In this document: positions 18,350 to 27,664 of the stretch, piece by piece
Layout: each line of letters opens with the position of its first letter
Position numbering within the stretch: position 1 is the stretch's first letter
Source of the DNA: an uncultured Spirochaetota bacterium
Lineage (GTDB): Bacteria > Spirochaetota > Brevinematia > Brevinematales > JAOACQ01
DNA length: 64,000 nucleotides
NCBI GenBank assembly: GCA_963835575.1
Contig: CAWIGG010000002.1
Span: forward strand, 1,408,001 to 1,472,000
Direction: 5' to 3'
The notes under the pieces: model-generated
Told to the model about the DNA's origin: nothing
Seen by the model: the letters and a program-made list of their open reading frames with translations, nothing else
Databases searched by the model: none
Position numbers and translations under genes: made by a program

Positions 18350-19555
18350 ATGATTGAAAATATGAAAGGTCTATTTTTCAGATTTATAGTTTTTGTCGTT
18401 TTATTTTATGTTTCATCCTGTTCGACTAGTCTTGGTTCGTCTAGTTCCCCAACAAATAGCTATAATACCTACACTGTAACATATTATGCTAATGGATCCA
18501 CAGGTGGAAGTGTCCCGACTGACAGCAACAAATACAACAAGGGAGCGACAGTCACAGTCTGCAGCAATATCTGCAACATGGTAATTTCAGGTTATGCCTT
18601 TGCCGGATGGACCACCAGCACCAACGGTCCAGGGTCAAGCTATGCCGCCGGAGCGACTTTTTTGATGCCTTCATCGAATATTTCTCTCTTTGCTGTCTGG
18701 ATTACCAATAGCCTTACATTTATCAGTTCCGGAACGAGCATCACAATAACCGGTACTAACTCATCTCAGAGTGGATCGCTGATTATACCGTGCGGTGTCA
18801 CAAGCATAGGCGCATTTGCATTTTATGATTGTTCCGGACTTAGCGGCGATCTTACTCTACCACCCAGTATTACAAGCATAGGTGATGGGGCATTTTATTA
18901 TTGCAACGGCTTTACAGGAACTCTTGTTATTCCGCAAAGCGTCATCAGCATCGGTCAGGTTTCATTTTTTTGTTGCAGCTTTACCGGTATGCTAAACATT
19001 CCCGCCAGTATCACAAACCTTGGCTCAGGGGTGTTTGAGTATTGCCTTTTTACTAACTATACGGTTGATCCAGGCAATTCTTTCTATTCATCTTCTGGAG
19101 GAGTATTGTTCAATTATGATGAAACCGAGTTGATCCTCTATCCCGCTGGACAGACAAGCGTTGGCAATTATACAATACCGGGAAGTGTCACCAGCATTGG
19201 GGACAGTGCATTTTGGGGTTGTACTTCCCTGACCAACATAAACCTGTCCTCTAATCTCGCGAGCATTGGATGGGCTGCATTTCGATTCGTACCATTTTCC
19301 AGCATAACCATCCCCGGCAGTGTCACAAGCATAAATGAATCTTTTGGGGACTGTACCAAACTTTCTAATGTTTATCTTCTTTCATCTACAACAAACCTTG
19401 TATTAAGCTCTGGTATGTTTGGATCCAGCCCCGTTACGTTAACAATCCATGTTCCCTCTGGCAGTGTATCATCATACATAACTTGGGCATCGAATAATTT
19501 GGCAGCATGGCCTACAGGGTGGATCCCTTCAGCTTCAACAATAGTTACGCCATAA
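18350..19555 (+). CDS. Lipoprotein with InlB-B / Listeria-Bacteroides repeat and BspA-type LRRs
   Basis: SSC lipobox; YTVTYYANGSTGGSVP...FAGWTT; repeated IPxSVTSIGxxAF. Confidence 0.88.
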   Translation: MIENMKGLFFRFIVFVVLFYVSSCSTSLGSSSSPTNSYNTYTVTYYANGSTGGSVPTDSNKYNKGATVTVCSNICNMVISGYAFAGWTTSTNGPGSSYAAGATFLMPSSNISLFAVWITNSLTFISSGTSITITGTNSSQSGSLIIPCGVTSIGAFAFYDCSGLSGDLTLPPSITSIGDGAFYYCNGFTGTLVIPQSVISIGQVSFFCCSFTGMLNIPASITNLGSGVFEYCLFTNYTVDPGNSFYSSSGGVLFNYDETELILYPAGQTSVGNYTIPGSVTSIGDSAFWGCTSLTNINLSSNLASIGWAAFRFVPFSSITIPGSVTSINESFGDCTKLSNVYLLSSTTNLVLSSGMFGSSPVTLTIHVPSGSVSSYITWASNNLAAWPTGWIPSASTIVTP

Positions 19556-19589
19556 ACTTATAAACCTTGGGTTGATTATGTGCTTATCC

Positions 19590-19722
19590 CGGACTCTATT
19601 TTGTGTATAACGGCACGGTCTATACCGCTGGTAACGATGACAGCGGGATAGCCTGCTACTGGACGGGAACAAACGAGACCATTTTAACGGCGAGCGGGAT
19701 ATGCAAACTCAATCTTTGTATT
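19590..19722 (+). pseudogene. Remnant of a beta-propeller repeat gene
   Basis: Translates as VYNGTVYTAGNDDSGIACYWTGTNETILT..ANSIFV, related to the 22395 repeats; no start codon. Confidence 0.6.
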
Positions 19723-19741
19723 GACTTATAGAAAGACGCTT

Positions 19742-19767
19742 AGCCGCCCCTACTTCCTGGGGCGGCT
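19742..19767 (+). terminator. GC-rich hairpin
   Basis: AGCCGCCCC / GGGGCGGCT. Confidence 0.45.
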
Positions 19768-19793
19768 TACCGGCCGCCGGGTCTGAACATCAG

Positions 19794-19866
19794 GCCGGCC
19801 GGAAATATTTTAGTCCGTGCGGGTAGCGCCGGACGACAGCTTAAATTTATTATATTAAAATAATCG
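19794..19866 (+). promoter_or_regulatory. Conserved lipoprotein-gene leader element, copy 2
   Basis: Matches 18247-18318. Confidence 0.65.
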
Positions 19867-19891
19867 TAGAGATTATTATTGGAGGTATAAT

Positions 19892-22117
19892 ATGAAGAAA
19901 ATTTTAATGGGGCTTTTAACGATTACTTTTTTATGCGTCCTGACAGGATGTTCCCAGACGCCGGATGGAGGTTCCAGCGGCGGAAATAGTTCATCCTCGA
20001 CCCCGACCCCGACTCCGCCGGACACAACCCCGCCGGTATTGACGGTCGGTTCGCTGACGAACGGCCAGGGTGTCGGCGGGACCTATACTTTATCCGGCAC
20101 GGTTTCAGATTCCGGAAGCGGGGTATCGAATGTTTATGTTTCCCTGGACGGCGGTTTATTCGGAACGGTTTCCATTTCATCAGGTACCTGGACTACAAAC
20201 TTGACAGTGTCAGCCTACGGGAAACATACAAATTATATTTACGCGATAGACAATGCAGCTAATGTTTCCTTGACCAATTTTGTCTGGGTCGAAAGGACTT
20301 CCGTTCCATCGATTATCGTAAACGGTTTGATCGATTATTTCCAGACCAATGTGACATCGCTTAATTTTTCCGGAACTGCGTCAATTGATCCGCCTTATAA
20401 TATTACCGGAGTGGAGATTTCGGTAAACGGCGGCGCTTATTCGGGCATATCGGGCACAACATCATGGTCGGCAAGTTCCATCAGTTTGAATCCCGACGCG
20501 ACAAACACAGTGCGCTTCCGTGTTACAGGGAATAATCTTAATACGGCGGAAAGCCCGATTTACCATATTGTTGTGAATATTCCCGCGCCGTCGGTTTCAA
20601 TTACCAGCCCTTCTTCAGATAATTTCCTGACTAACCAGACAACTATCAATCTGAGCGGGACAGCTTTTATTGCATCGCCTTATTCTATTACAAAAGTTGA
20701 GCTGTCCATTAACGGCGGCGCTTACGCGGATGTGGGAAATACCGCATGGAATAAAACAGGCGCCGGCCTTACCGCTAACATGACCAATAATCTGAAAGTC
20801 CGTGCCACGGCTAATAGCGGTAAATCCATAGAATCCGCGATCCGTACGGTAATTGTGGATACTATAGCTCCGGCTTTCACTTTTCCGCCGGCTTTATCCG
20901 AAGGATCCAACCTGGATTATCTGCAGGATGCAGCAATGCCTCCAGACGGATCTTTAAGCGACAATCTCAGCGGCTGTAAGTTTGTTTATTACTCGATTAA
21001 CGGTCATTCTTATAATATTTTCACAAACTCAATCACTTGGAACGCCTGGGATCCTGCGATGTGGTTTAATTCCAGCAATACTTATGTGACAAACGGCACA
21101 AACTCAATTACAGCGTATTGTATAGATTACGCCGGCAACGCCTGTTCGTCCCAGACCAGTCATTTCTTTTTCAAATCGCTGAGTTTTCTGGCGGATTTGA
21201 GTTCGCTATATGCCGCCATGGGATTGGCTGTGGATTCCGCAGGAAATAGCTACATACCAGAGAGTGAAACCAGTAACAAAGTTTATAAAATCTCTTCAAG
21301 TGGTACTATGACTGAATTCGCTAATTTATACGAATATCCCGAGGGTATCGCTATCGACGCCAGCGGCAACCTGTTTGTCGCTGAAGATTGCTTGATTGAA
21401 AAAGTAACACCGGCCGGGGTTGTCAGTACTTTTGCCGGCAGCATACAGGGAACAAATGACGGGACAGGTACCGGCGCTCGATTCGATGAGATTGCAGGCA
21501 TTACTGTTGATAGTTCCGGCAATGTATATGTAATGGATGATTGGATTGTGTACACCAACCGCTGCGTAATCCGGAAAATCAGTTCGTCGGGCGTCGTAAC
21601 GACCATCGCAGGCGGAGCCACCGGATACGCGGATGGAAACGGCATGGCCGCCAGTTTCAATATTCCCTACTCTTCTATTATAGAGCTTGGAGTTGATAAC
21701 TCGGGTTATATCTATGTTCCGGATAGCGGCAATAACCGCATCCGAAAAGTTTCAACAACTTCCCCATATACTGTCACAACATTGGCCGGTTCCGGTTCAG
21801 CCGGTTCTGCCGACGGAAACGGCACTTCCGCGTCTTTTAAAGCTCCGGAAGCCATTACAGTTGACAGCCAGGGCAACCTTTATGTCGCAGACCTTGGAAA
21901 CAATGAAATACGAAAAATTACATCCGGCGGTATGGTATCAACTTTTGCGAACCAGAATGGGTGCGGTTATATCTCTTCTACGGGTTATTATGGTAATGTT
22001 AATTATTACACTTCTTTAATGTGTCCACGCTATCTAGGACTGGATAATTCCGGTAATCTTTTCTACTTAGGAAGTGATTCGGGTTATTCATATTTAATGA
22101 AACTTACGACCCGGTAG
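19892..22117 (+). CDS. Lipoprotein with Ig-like domains and NHL-repeat beta-propeller
   Basis: TGC lipobox; DTTPPVLTV / LSGTVSDSGSGV Ig-like motifs; GIAIDASGNLFVA and DSGNNRIRKV NHL repeats. Confidence 0.88.
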   Translation: MKKILMGLLTITFLCVLTGCSQTPDGGSSGGNSSSSTPTPTPPDTTPPVLTVGSLTNGQGVGGTYTLSGTVSDSGSGVSNVYVSLDGGLFGTVSISSGTWTTNLTVSAYGKHTNYIYAIDNAANVSLTNFVWVERTSVPSIIVNGLIDYFQTNVTSLNFSGTASIDPPYNITGVEISVNGGAYSGISGTTSWSASSISLNPDATNTVRFRVTGNNLNTAESPIYHIVVNIPAPSVSITSPSSDNFLTNQTTINLSGTAFIASPYSITKVELSINGGAYADVGNTAWNKTGAGLTANMTNNLKVRATANSGKSIESAIRTVIVDTIAPAFTFPPALSEGSNLDYLQDAAMPPDGSLSDNLSGCKFVYYSINGHSYNIFTNSITWNAWDPAMWFNSSNTYVTNGTNSITAYCIDYAGNACSSQTSHFFFKSLSFLADLSSLYAAMGLAVDSAGNSYIPESETSNKVYKISSSGTMTEFANLYEYPEGIAIDASGNLFVAEDCLIEKVTPAGVVSTFAGSIQGTNDGTGTGARFDEIAGITVDSSGNVYVMDDWIVYTNRCVIRKISSSGVVTTIAGGATGYADGNGMAASFNIPYSSIIELGVDNSGYIYVPDSGNNRIRKVSTTSPYTVTTLAGSGSAGSADGNGTSASFKAPEAITVDSQGNLYVADLGNNEIRKITSGGMVSTFANQNGCGYISSTGYYGNVNYYTSLMCPRYLGLDNSGNLFYLGSDSGYSYLMKLTTR

Positions 22118-22394
22118 GTCAAAAAGCAAAGGATTTTGAATAAAATATTTTTGCAGTGCATAATTAATTGTGTCCGAAATGACACCAGCGGATATTAACA
22201 ATAAGAGGATATTTTAAATGCAAAACCCAAAGGTTTTTATGCTATAGCAGGGAGTAAACAAACGGCGCTGGTTTAATATAATAAAGCCGGCGCCGTTGTA
22301 TTCTGTTACTGGAAGAACGGGGTTTTGAACCTGCTGTAATGAACTGTTGAACGAAAAACATTATAAAAAACGAAAATGACTATAAGGAGGATAT

Positions 22395-23471
22395 ATGAAA
22401 AATAATCTTATCGGGCTTCTGACGATTGTTACTTTATGCATCCTGACAGCATGTTCACAGACGCCGGGGGATTCGGGGGGAGGTTCAGGTGGAGGTAACA
22501 CATCAAGTTCACCGAGCACGGCTAGTTCCAGTTTAAGTTCGACTTCTTTATCCAGTTCTATCATCAGTTCATCCAGCAGTTCAAGCAGTAGTCTGGCAAC
22601 TGTATACGCCGGCGGGGATTATTACACGGGCAGCATCTATCTCGCATGTTACTGGAAGAACGGGGGTTTGACCACTCTCACAAATGTGACTTCATATGTC
22701 TATTCCCTTGCGGTAAACGGAACGGACGTATACGCCGGCGGGGAATATAACATCAGCGGCACCGATTATGCCTGTTATTGGAAGAACGGGGGTTTGACCA
22801 CTCTCTTAAGTGTAGAATCCTTTATTAAATCCATCACAGTGAGCGGGACGGATGTATATGTCGGCGGGTGCTACGGCAGCAGCCTTGTTGCCTGTTACTG
22901 GAAGAACGGGAGTTTGACCCCTCTCACCAATATAAGTTCCATCGTTTATTCTCTCGCGGTAAACGGAACGGACGTATACGCCGGCGGTAATTATAGTGTT
23001 AACGGCGGCTATAACGCCTGTTACTGGAAGAACGGGAGTATAACCATTCTTACCAATATTAATTCCTCAGTCTATACCCTCGCGGTAAACGGGACAGACG
23101 TATATAACGGCGGGTGTTATTACAACGGCGGAACACCTGTAGCCTGTTACTGGAAGAACACAGTTTTAACCACTCTCACCAATGTGTATTCCTATATCTA
23201 TTCCCTCGCGGTGAGCGGGACAGACATATATGCAGGCGGTTATTATTACAACGGCAGCGCCTATGTCGCCTGTTACTGGAAGAACGGGGTTTTGACCACT
23301 CTCACCAATGTGGGTTCTGAAGTTGATTCCCTGGCGGTGAGCGGAACAGACTTATATGCAGGCGGGGATTATTACACGGGCAGCATCTATCTCGCATGTT
23401 ACTGGAAAAACGGGGTTTTGACCACTCTCACCAATGTAAGTTCCCGAGTCCATTCTATTACGGTGCAGTAA
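22395..23471 (+). CDS. Lipoprotein with seven ~42-aa tandem repeats (probable 7-bladed beta-propeller)
   Basis: TAC lipobox, Ser-rich linker, repeats of VYAGGxY...ACYWKNGxLTTLTNVxSxVYSLAVxGTD. Confidence 0.88.
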   Translation: MKNNLIGLLTIVTLCILTACSQTPGDSGGGSGGGNTSSSPSTASSSLSSTSLSSSIISSSSSSSSSLATVYAGGDYYTGSIYLACYWKNGGLTTLTNVTSYVYSLAVNGTDVYAGGEYNISGTDYACYWKNGGLTTLLSVESFIKSITVSGTDVYVGGCYGSSLVACYWKNGSLTPLTNISSIVYSLAVNGTDVYAGGNYSVNGGYNACYWKNGSITILTNINSSVYTLAVNGTDVYNGGCYYNGGTPVACYWKNTVLTTLTNVYSYIYSLAVSGTDIYAGGYYYNGSAYVACYWKNGVLTTLTNVGSEVDSLAVSGTDLYAGGDYYTGSIYLACYWKNGVLTTLTNVSSRVHSITVQ

Positions 23472-23550
23472 ACGCCGATTAAGATGGAAAATGCGGTATT
23501 TGTCTTGAAAGGAACAGCCGCATCCGGAAAATAAAACTATAGATATCATA

Positions 23551-23581
23551 AGTGACCGCCCTGCGGGGTGGTCACTTTTTT
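23551..23581. terminator. Probable intrinsic terminator between convergent genes
   Basis: AGTGACCGCCC / GGGTGGTCACT followed by a T-run. Confidence 0.65.
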
Positions 23582-23644
23582 ATAATTTTCAGCAATAACA
23601 TCAGATACAATTCTATAATTTGGATGGCGGTGCCTGTTAAAAGT

Positions 23645-24505
23645 TCAACAATACAACATCTCAAAAATTTCCCCGGCAAGATAGGAGCTCCGGACAAAAG
23701 GGGCCGATGCGACTGATTTGAATCCCAGCCCGAGACCGTTATTTTTATATTTTTCAAACTGGTCCGGATGAACATACTCGAAAACCGGGCGATGGTTTTT
23801 TGAAGGGGCAAGATACTGCCCGACCGTCAGCATTTCGCAGCCCGCCTGCCGCAGGTCCTTCATGACCTGAACGACCTCATCTTCCGTTTCTCCAAGCCCG
23901 GCCATGATGCCGGATTTTGTATGAATATTGCCGTACAGACTTTTGACATTTTTCAGGAGCTCCAGCGATCTTTGATAGTCCGCGGCGGGCCTCACCTCCG
24001 GGTAAAGCCTGGGTACAGTTTCCACATTATGGTTGATGATTTGAGGAAGAGCATCGGCGATAATCCTTAATGAATCCAGGCTTCCCATAAAATCGGGTAT
24101 GAGGACCTCAATGACAACCTTCTTATGCAGATCTTTTATTATTCTGATAACACGGGCAAAATGATGTGCCCCGCCGTCGGGCAGGTTGTCCCGAGTGACG
24201 GAAGTGATGACTACATGATGCAGACCGAGCTCATTGACCGCGGCGGCTATATTTTCCGGTTCCTTATCATCAACGCCGGAAGGCCTGCCTTTTACAACAT
24301 TGCAGAATGTGCAGTTCCTCGTGCAGACATTGCCGAGGACCATAAAAGTCGCCGTTCTTCTATTGAAACATTCCATCCGGTTGGGACAGAGCGCTTCTTC
24401 GCAGACGGTGTGCAGAGAGAAACGCTTCAGTATTTCCTCAACATCTCTTTTGTCTTTCGAATTGATCACTTTTATTTTCAGCCAGTCCGGTTTAGGCATA
24501 TTCAC
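23645..24505 (-). CDS. lipA: Lipoyl synthase
   Basis: [40 protein letters not shown]. Confidence 0.97.
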   Translation of the reverse strand: MNMPKPDWLKIKVINSKDKRDVEEILKRFSLHTVCEEALCPNRMECFNRRTATFMVLGNVCTRNCTFCNVVKGRPSGVDDKEPENIAAAVNELGLHHVVITSVTRDNLPDGGAHHFARVIRIIKDLHKKVVIEVLIPDFMGSLDSLRIIADALPQIINHNVETVPRLYPEVRPAADYQRSLELLKNVKSLYGNIHTKSGIMAGLGETEDEVVQVMKDLRQAGCEMLTVGQYLAPSKNHRPVFEYVHPDQFEKYKNNGLGLGFKSVASAPFVRSSYLAGEIFEMLYC

Positions 24506-25191
24506 CTCATTCCAATCGATTCTTCCAGGGCGGCACTGGAAATAAATTCCGGGTCCATATTAAAAATATCACAAAAGAGCTCAATCACCCTGTTGACGGC
24601 CTTATTGAAATCCTGCTTGTGGCCCGTTAATTTCTCAAGCGATGTAACACCCCTGTCGGTAATCCCGCAGGGATTGATCCAGCGGTAATGGTCCATGTTC
24701 GTGTTGATATTGAACGAAAAGCCATGCATCGTGACGGCGCGGCTGACAGCGATCCCTATGGCCGTGATCTTATCATTGCCGGCCCAGACGCCCGTATAAA
24801 CGCCGTCATCGCGGCGGCCTTCTATATTATAGGAATCATGGAGAAGCCGGATAAAAACCTCCTGTATCTTCCAGACAAAATCCCTGATGCCCAATCCGAG
24901 GTTTTTTAAATCGAAGATCAGATAACCGACAAGCTGTCCCGGCCCGTGGTAAGTCACGTCGCCGCCCCTTGCCGTTTCATAAACTTTGATGTTTTCCTTT
25001 TTGAGGATTTTATCCGGGACGATGATATTCGAAACTTTGCCGCGCTTCCCGAGTGTGATGACGGCCGGATGCTCCAGAAGCAGAAGCGTATCGCTGATTT
25101 TATTTTCCTGTCTTAGTTCCTTCAGCTTTTCCTGGAGCGAAAGGGCTTCCTGATAATCGATGCGCCCGAGCTGTGCTATTGTACATTTCAT
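24502..25191 (-). CDS. lipB: Lipoyl(octanoyl) transferase
   Basis: [42 protein letters not shown]. Confidence 0.96.
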   Translation of the reverse strand: MKCTIAQLGRIDYQEALSLQEKLKELRQENKISDTLLLLEHPAVITLGKRGKVSNIIVPDKILKKENIKVYETARGGDVTYHGPGQLVGYLIFDLKNLGLGIRDFVWKIQEVFIRLLHDSYNIEGRRDDGVYTGVWAGNDKITAIGIAVSRAVTMHGFSFNINTNMDHYRWINPCGITDRGVTSLEKLTGHKQDFNKAVNRVIELFCDIFNMDPEFISSAALEESIGMR

Positions 25192-25524
25192 AATAAAATA
25201 TAATAAACCGCCTGCGGAAAAAGTACAAATTAGATATTATTAAAAATTATTGATGGAGACGGAGGCTGCCCGCTAATAACGCGAATGGACGCGAATAGGG
25301 ACGAATGATATTGGTGAGTATTCGTAGGAGAATCCCGCTAATGACGATAAAAAAAACGAATAAATCAATTTCGATTAGCGTGTATTCGCGTGATTCGCGG
25401 GAAAAACTTTTTTCCACATGATTCGCGGGTTGAAATCCCTCTTCCCGGCGGATTTCTTTCGTTTGACAAAAGATTTGATATAAATTAATCTATTAATGAA
25501 TAAAAATTAGATTGGGGGAGTTTT

Positions 25525-25746
25525 ATGCTGGTTTTACACGGAATATATAACAACGGAAAGATTGAATTGCTGGATAAAAACCTTCCTCATATAAAAGCAA
25601 AAGCCGAGATTAAAATTACTGATAATTCGAATCAGACAGGAATAAAGAAAAAGGATGTCTGGAAAGGTTTGTCCGCATTGATTAAAGAAAAATCAGTAAG
25701 AATTGGAAAAATCAAATGGACCAGAGAATCCCTTTATGAAAGGTAA
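25525..25746 (+). CDS. Putative antitoxin (DUF104-like N-terminus)
   Basis: LHGIYNNGKIEL N-terminus and KWTRESLYER C-terminus, typical of PIN-associated antitoxins; GGGAG RBS. Confidence 0.6.
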   Translation: MLVLHGIYNNGKIELLDKNLPHIKAKAEIKITDNSNQTGIKKKDVWKGLSALIKEKSVRIGKIKWTRESLYER

Positions 25747-25785
25747 GGTATTTCTTATTACAAATCTCACAATCCACAGGGAAAA
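25736..25785 (+). pseudogene. Truncated PIN-toxin N-terminus
   Basis: Overlapping ATG gives MKGKVFLITNL (compare PIN VFLDTN); similarity is lost before the repeat at 25786. Confidence 0.45.
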
Positions 25786-25871
25786 GCCCGCTAATGACGC
25801 GATAGACGCGAATAAACACAAAAGCGGCAGTCACGTGATTATTGAGGAAAAATATACCTGTCGGAGTAACA

Positions 25872-26271
25872 ATGACTTACAAGGACATTATTAAGGGCAG
25901 TTCCAAAAACTCAAAATCAATCAGATATTTCCAACATAGGTTTTGGAACTGCCCCGGTTATAGAATCTCTTGTAAATTTAATTGGCGCTACCGTATAGAG
26001 TTCGCTGGTTGATGATCTTTTCAGACAGCGAACTCGGGCGGTAGCATGAACTCATATAATAGCGGCAGTTCTAAATATTTGAGTTTTTAGAACTGCCCTT
26101 AAGATTATTACGGATGACGGCTGGTACCTGGACAGACAGAAGGGAAGTCACCGGCAGTACAAACATCCTTCAAAAAAAGGACTGGTGACGATTTCGCATC
26201 ATGGTGTTGCAAAAACCGTTGCGCCGAAAATGCTTAAAAGTATATTAACACATGCGCAAATAGAGTTATAG
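25872..26271 (+). pseudogene. hicA: HicA toxin interrupted by a MITE
   Basis: Removing 25895-26102 restores MTYKDIIKIITDDGWYLDRQKGSHRQYKHPSKKGLVTISHHGVAKTVAPKMLKSILTHAQIEL*; GGAG RBS. Confidence 0.92.
25895..26098. mobile_element. 204-bp MITE with TTAA target duplication
   Basis: TIR GGGCAGTTC(C/T)AAAAACTCAAA; TTAA at 25891-25894 and 26099-26102; identical to the reverse complement of 38315-38518. Confidence 0.93.
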
Positions 26272-26281
26272 CGGGGTTTAT

Positions 26282-26497
26282 ATGCATAAATATACCATCA
26301 TTATCGAAAAGACGGCTGACGGTTACTGCGCTTCCGTCCCGGCTTTGCCCGGATGCACGGCAATGGCAGACACGAAAAAGGAAGTGGAACAAATGATTTA
26401 TGAAGCCATTATTTTTCATCTGGAAGGTATGGTAAAATCAGGCCTGGCGATACCGGAAGAATCGGATACGGAAGTGGAAACGATGGTTTTTTCTTAA
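26282..26497 (+). CDS. hicB: HicB family antitoxin
   Basis: YTIIIEKTADGYCASVPALPGCTAMADT...EAIIFHLEG. Confidence 0.9.
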   Translation: MHKYTIIIEKTADGYCASVPALPGCTAMADTKKEVEQMIYEAIIFHLEGMVKSGLAIPEESDTEVETMVFS

Positions 26498-26698
26498 AAA
26501 GCCCGCTAATGACGCAAAAAGATACGAATAAATATTGACGTTCATTCATGGGGAATAAAAGCCCGCTAATCACGCGAATTGACGCGAATGGGTACGGATG
26601 AAATTGATTCATTCGAGCGGGAAAAAAGTACCGGCAATGCTTGAGTCATTTAATAAACTACTTTAAAATAAACTGAAATGTGAAAAGAGGATAAGTTT

Positions 26699-27016
26699 AT
26701 GTATCCGAATGAAGCGGCGCTTAATAAATTAATATCACGGATTGTAGAGGAAGTCCACCCCGTTCAGATTATTCTTTTCGGATCAGGCGCCCGGGGTGAA
26801 ATGCGGCAGGATAGCGACCTGGACATTATGGTAGTTATGCCCGATGGTGTCCACCGCCGTTCTACTGCCCAGAAATTGTACCGGACTCTTTCAGGTTTTA
26901 CCATTCCTTTTGAGTTTCTGGTTGTAACATCAAGCGACCTCGAAAAATATAAAGATAATACCGGGTTAATTTATCACACCGTTTTATTAGAAGGAAAACA
27001 GCTTTATGCCGCCTGA
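26699..27016 (+). CDS. Minimal nucleotidyltransferase (MNT) antitoxin
   Basis: IILFGSGARGEMRQDSDLDIMVV. Confidence 0.9.
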   Translation: MYPNEAALNKLISRIVEEVHPVQIILFGSGARGEMRQDSDLDIMVVMPDGVHRRSTAQKLYRTLSGFTIPFEFLVVTSSDLEKYKDNTGLIYHTVLLEGKQLYAA

Positions 27017-27404
27017 AGAATATCTGCCGGGTTCGCCCCGGGACTGGCTCCGTCATGCCCTCAGCGATTTATCTGTCGCCTCTGAAACAAAAACGAAAGA
27101 AGTTTTATTAGAGACGCTTTGCTTTCATGCCCAACAGGCCGCGGAAAAAAGCATTAAAGCCGTTTTAATTAAACATGCCATCCCGTTGATAAAAACTCAT
27201 AACTTGAAAATATTACTGGAACAGCTTTCTTCTATTCTTTCCGTTCCTGCGGAAATCATGAATTCAGTCGGCCTTACCGATTATGCAATTACTTCACGTT
27301 ATCCCGGTGATTGGGAGCCTGTGACAGAAGCAGAATATGAAGAAGCGATTAACCAGGCAAAATCTATTTATAAGTGGGCGGAAAGCATAGTCAAAGGTAA
27401 ATAA
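27006..27404 (+). CDS. HEPN domain protein
   Basis: CFHAQQAAEKSIKAVL, KTHNL, SRYPG; overlaps the MNT gene. Confidence 0.9.
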   Translation: MPPEEYLPGSPRDWLRHALSDLSVASETKTKEVLLETLCFHAQQAAEKSIKAVLIKHAIPLIKTHNLKILLEQLSSILSVPAEIMNSVGLTDYAITSRYPGDWEPVTEAEYEEAINQAKSIYKWAESIVKGK

Positions 27405-27664
27405 AGGGGGAATAGAGCCCGCTAATAACACGAATAAACCAATCCCAATTAGCGTTCATTCGCGTGATTCGCAGGAAAAAACTTATATCCGCATGATTCA
27501 CAGAAATTATAAATTTTCTATTGCATTTTATTTGTAACAGCAATATGATATTAGTCTAAGTAATGTGAAACAGTGATTAGGGAAAGTTGCCCGCTAATGA
27601 CGCGAATTGGCACGAATGGGGGCGTTAGAATTAATAAAGAGAGAAAGTAACGTCCTACAATGAT

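Larger units (their letters stand above)
25268..27620. repeat. Dispersed GCCCGCTAATNACGCGAAT repeats bracketing TA cassettes
   Basis: Forward copies at 25268, 25334, 25786, 26501, 26561, 27417 and 27589; inverted ATTAGCGT..ATTCGCGTGATTCGC copies near 25374 and 27448. Confidence 0.85.

Noticed and set aside
22303..23468. Diversity-generating retroelement (TR/VR pair)
   Set aside because: No reverse transcriptase in the window; differences among repeats are not restricted to adenines; the upstream fragment is only 26 nt.
25268..27620. CRISPR array or classical integron
   Set aside because: Repeats are degenerate and irregularly spaced around whole genes; I see no cas genes, no integrase and no convincing RYYYAAC...GTTRRRY attC pairs.
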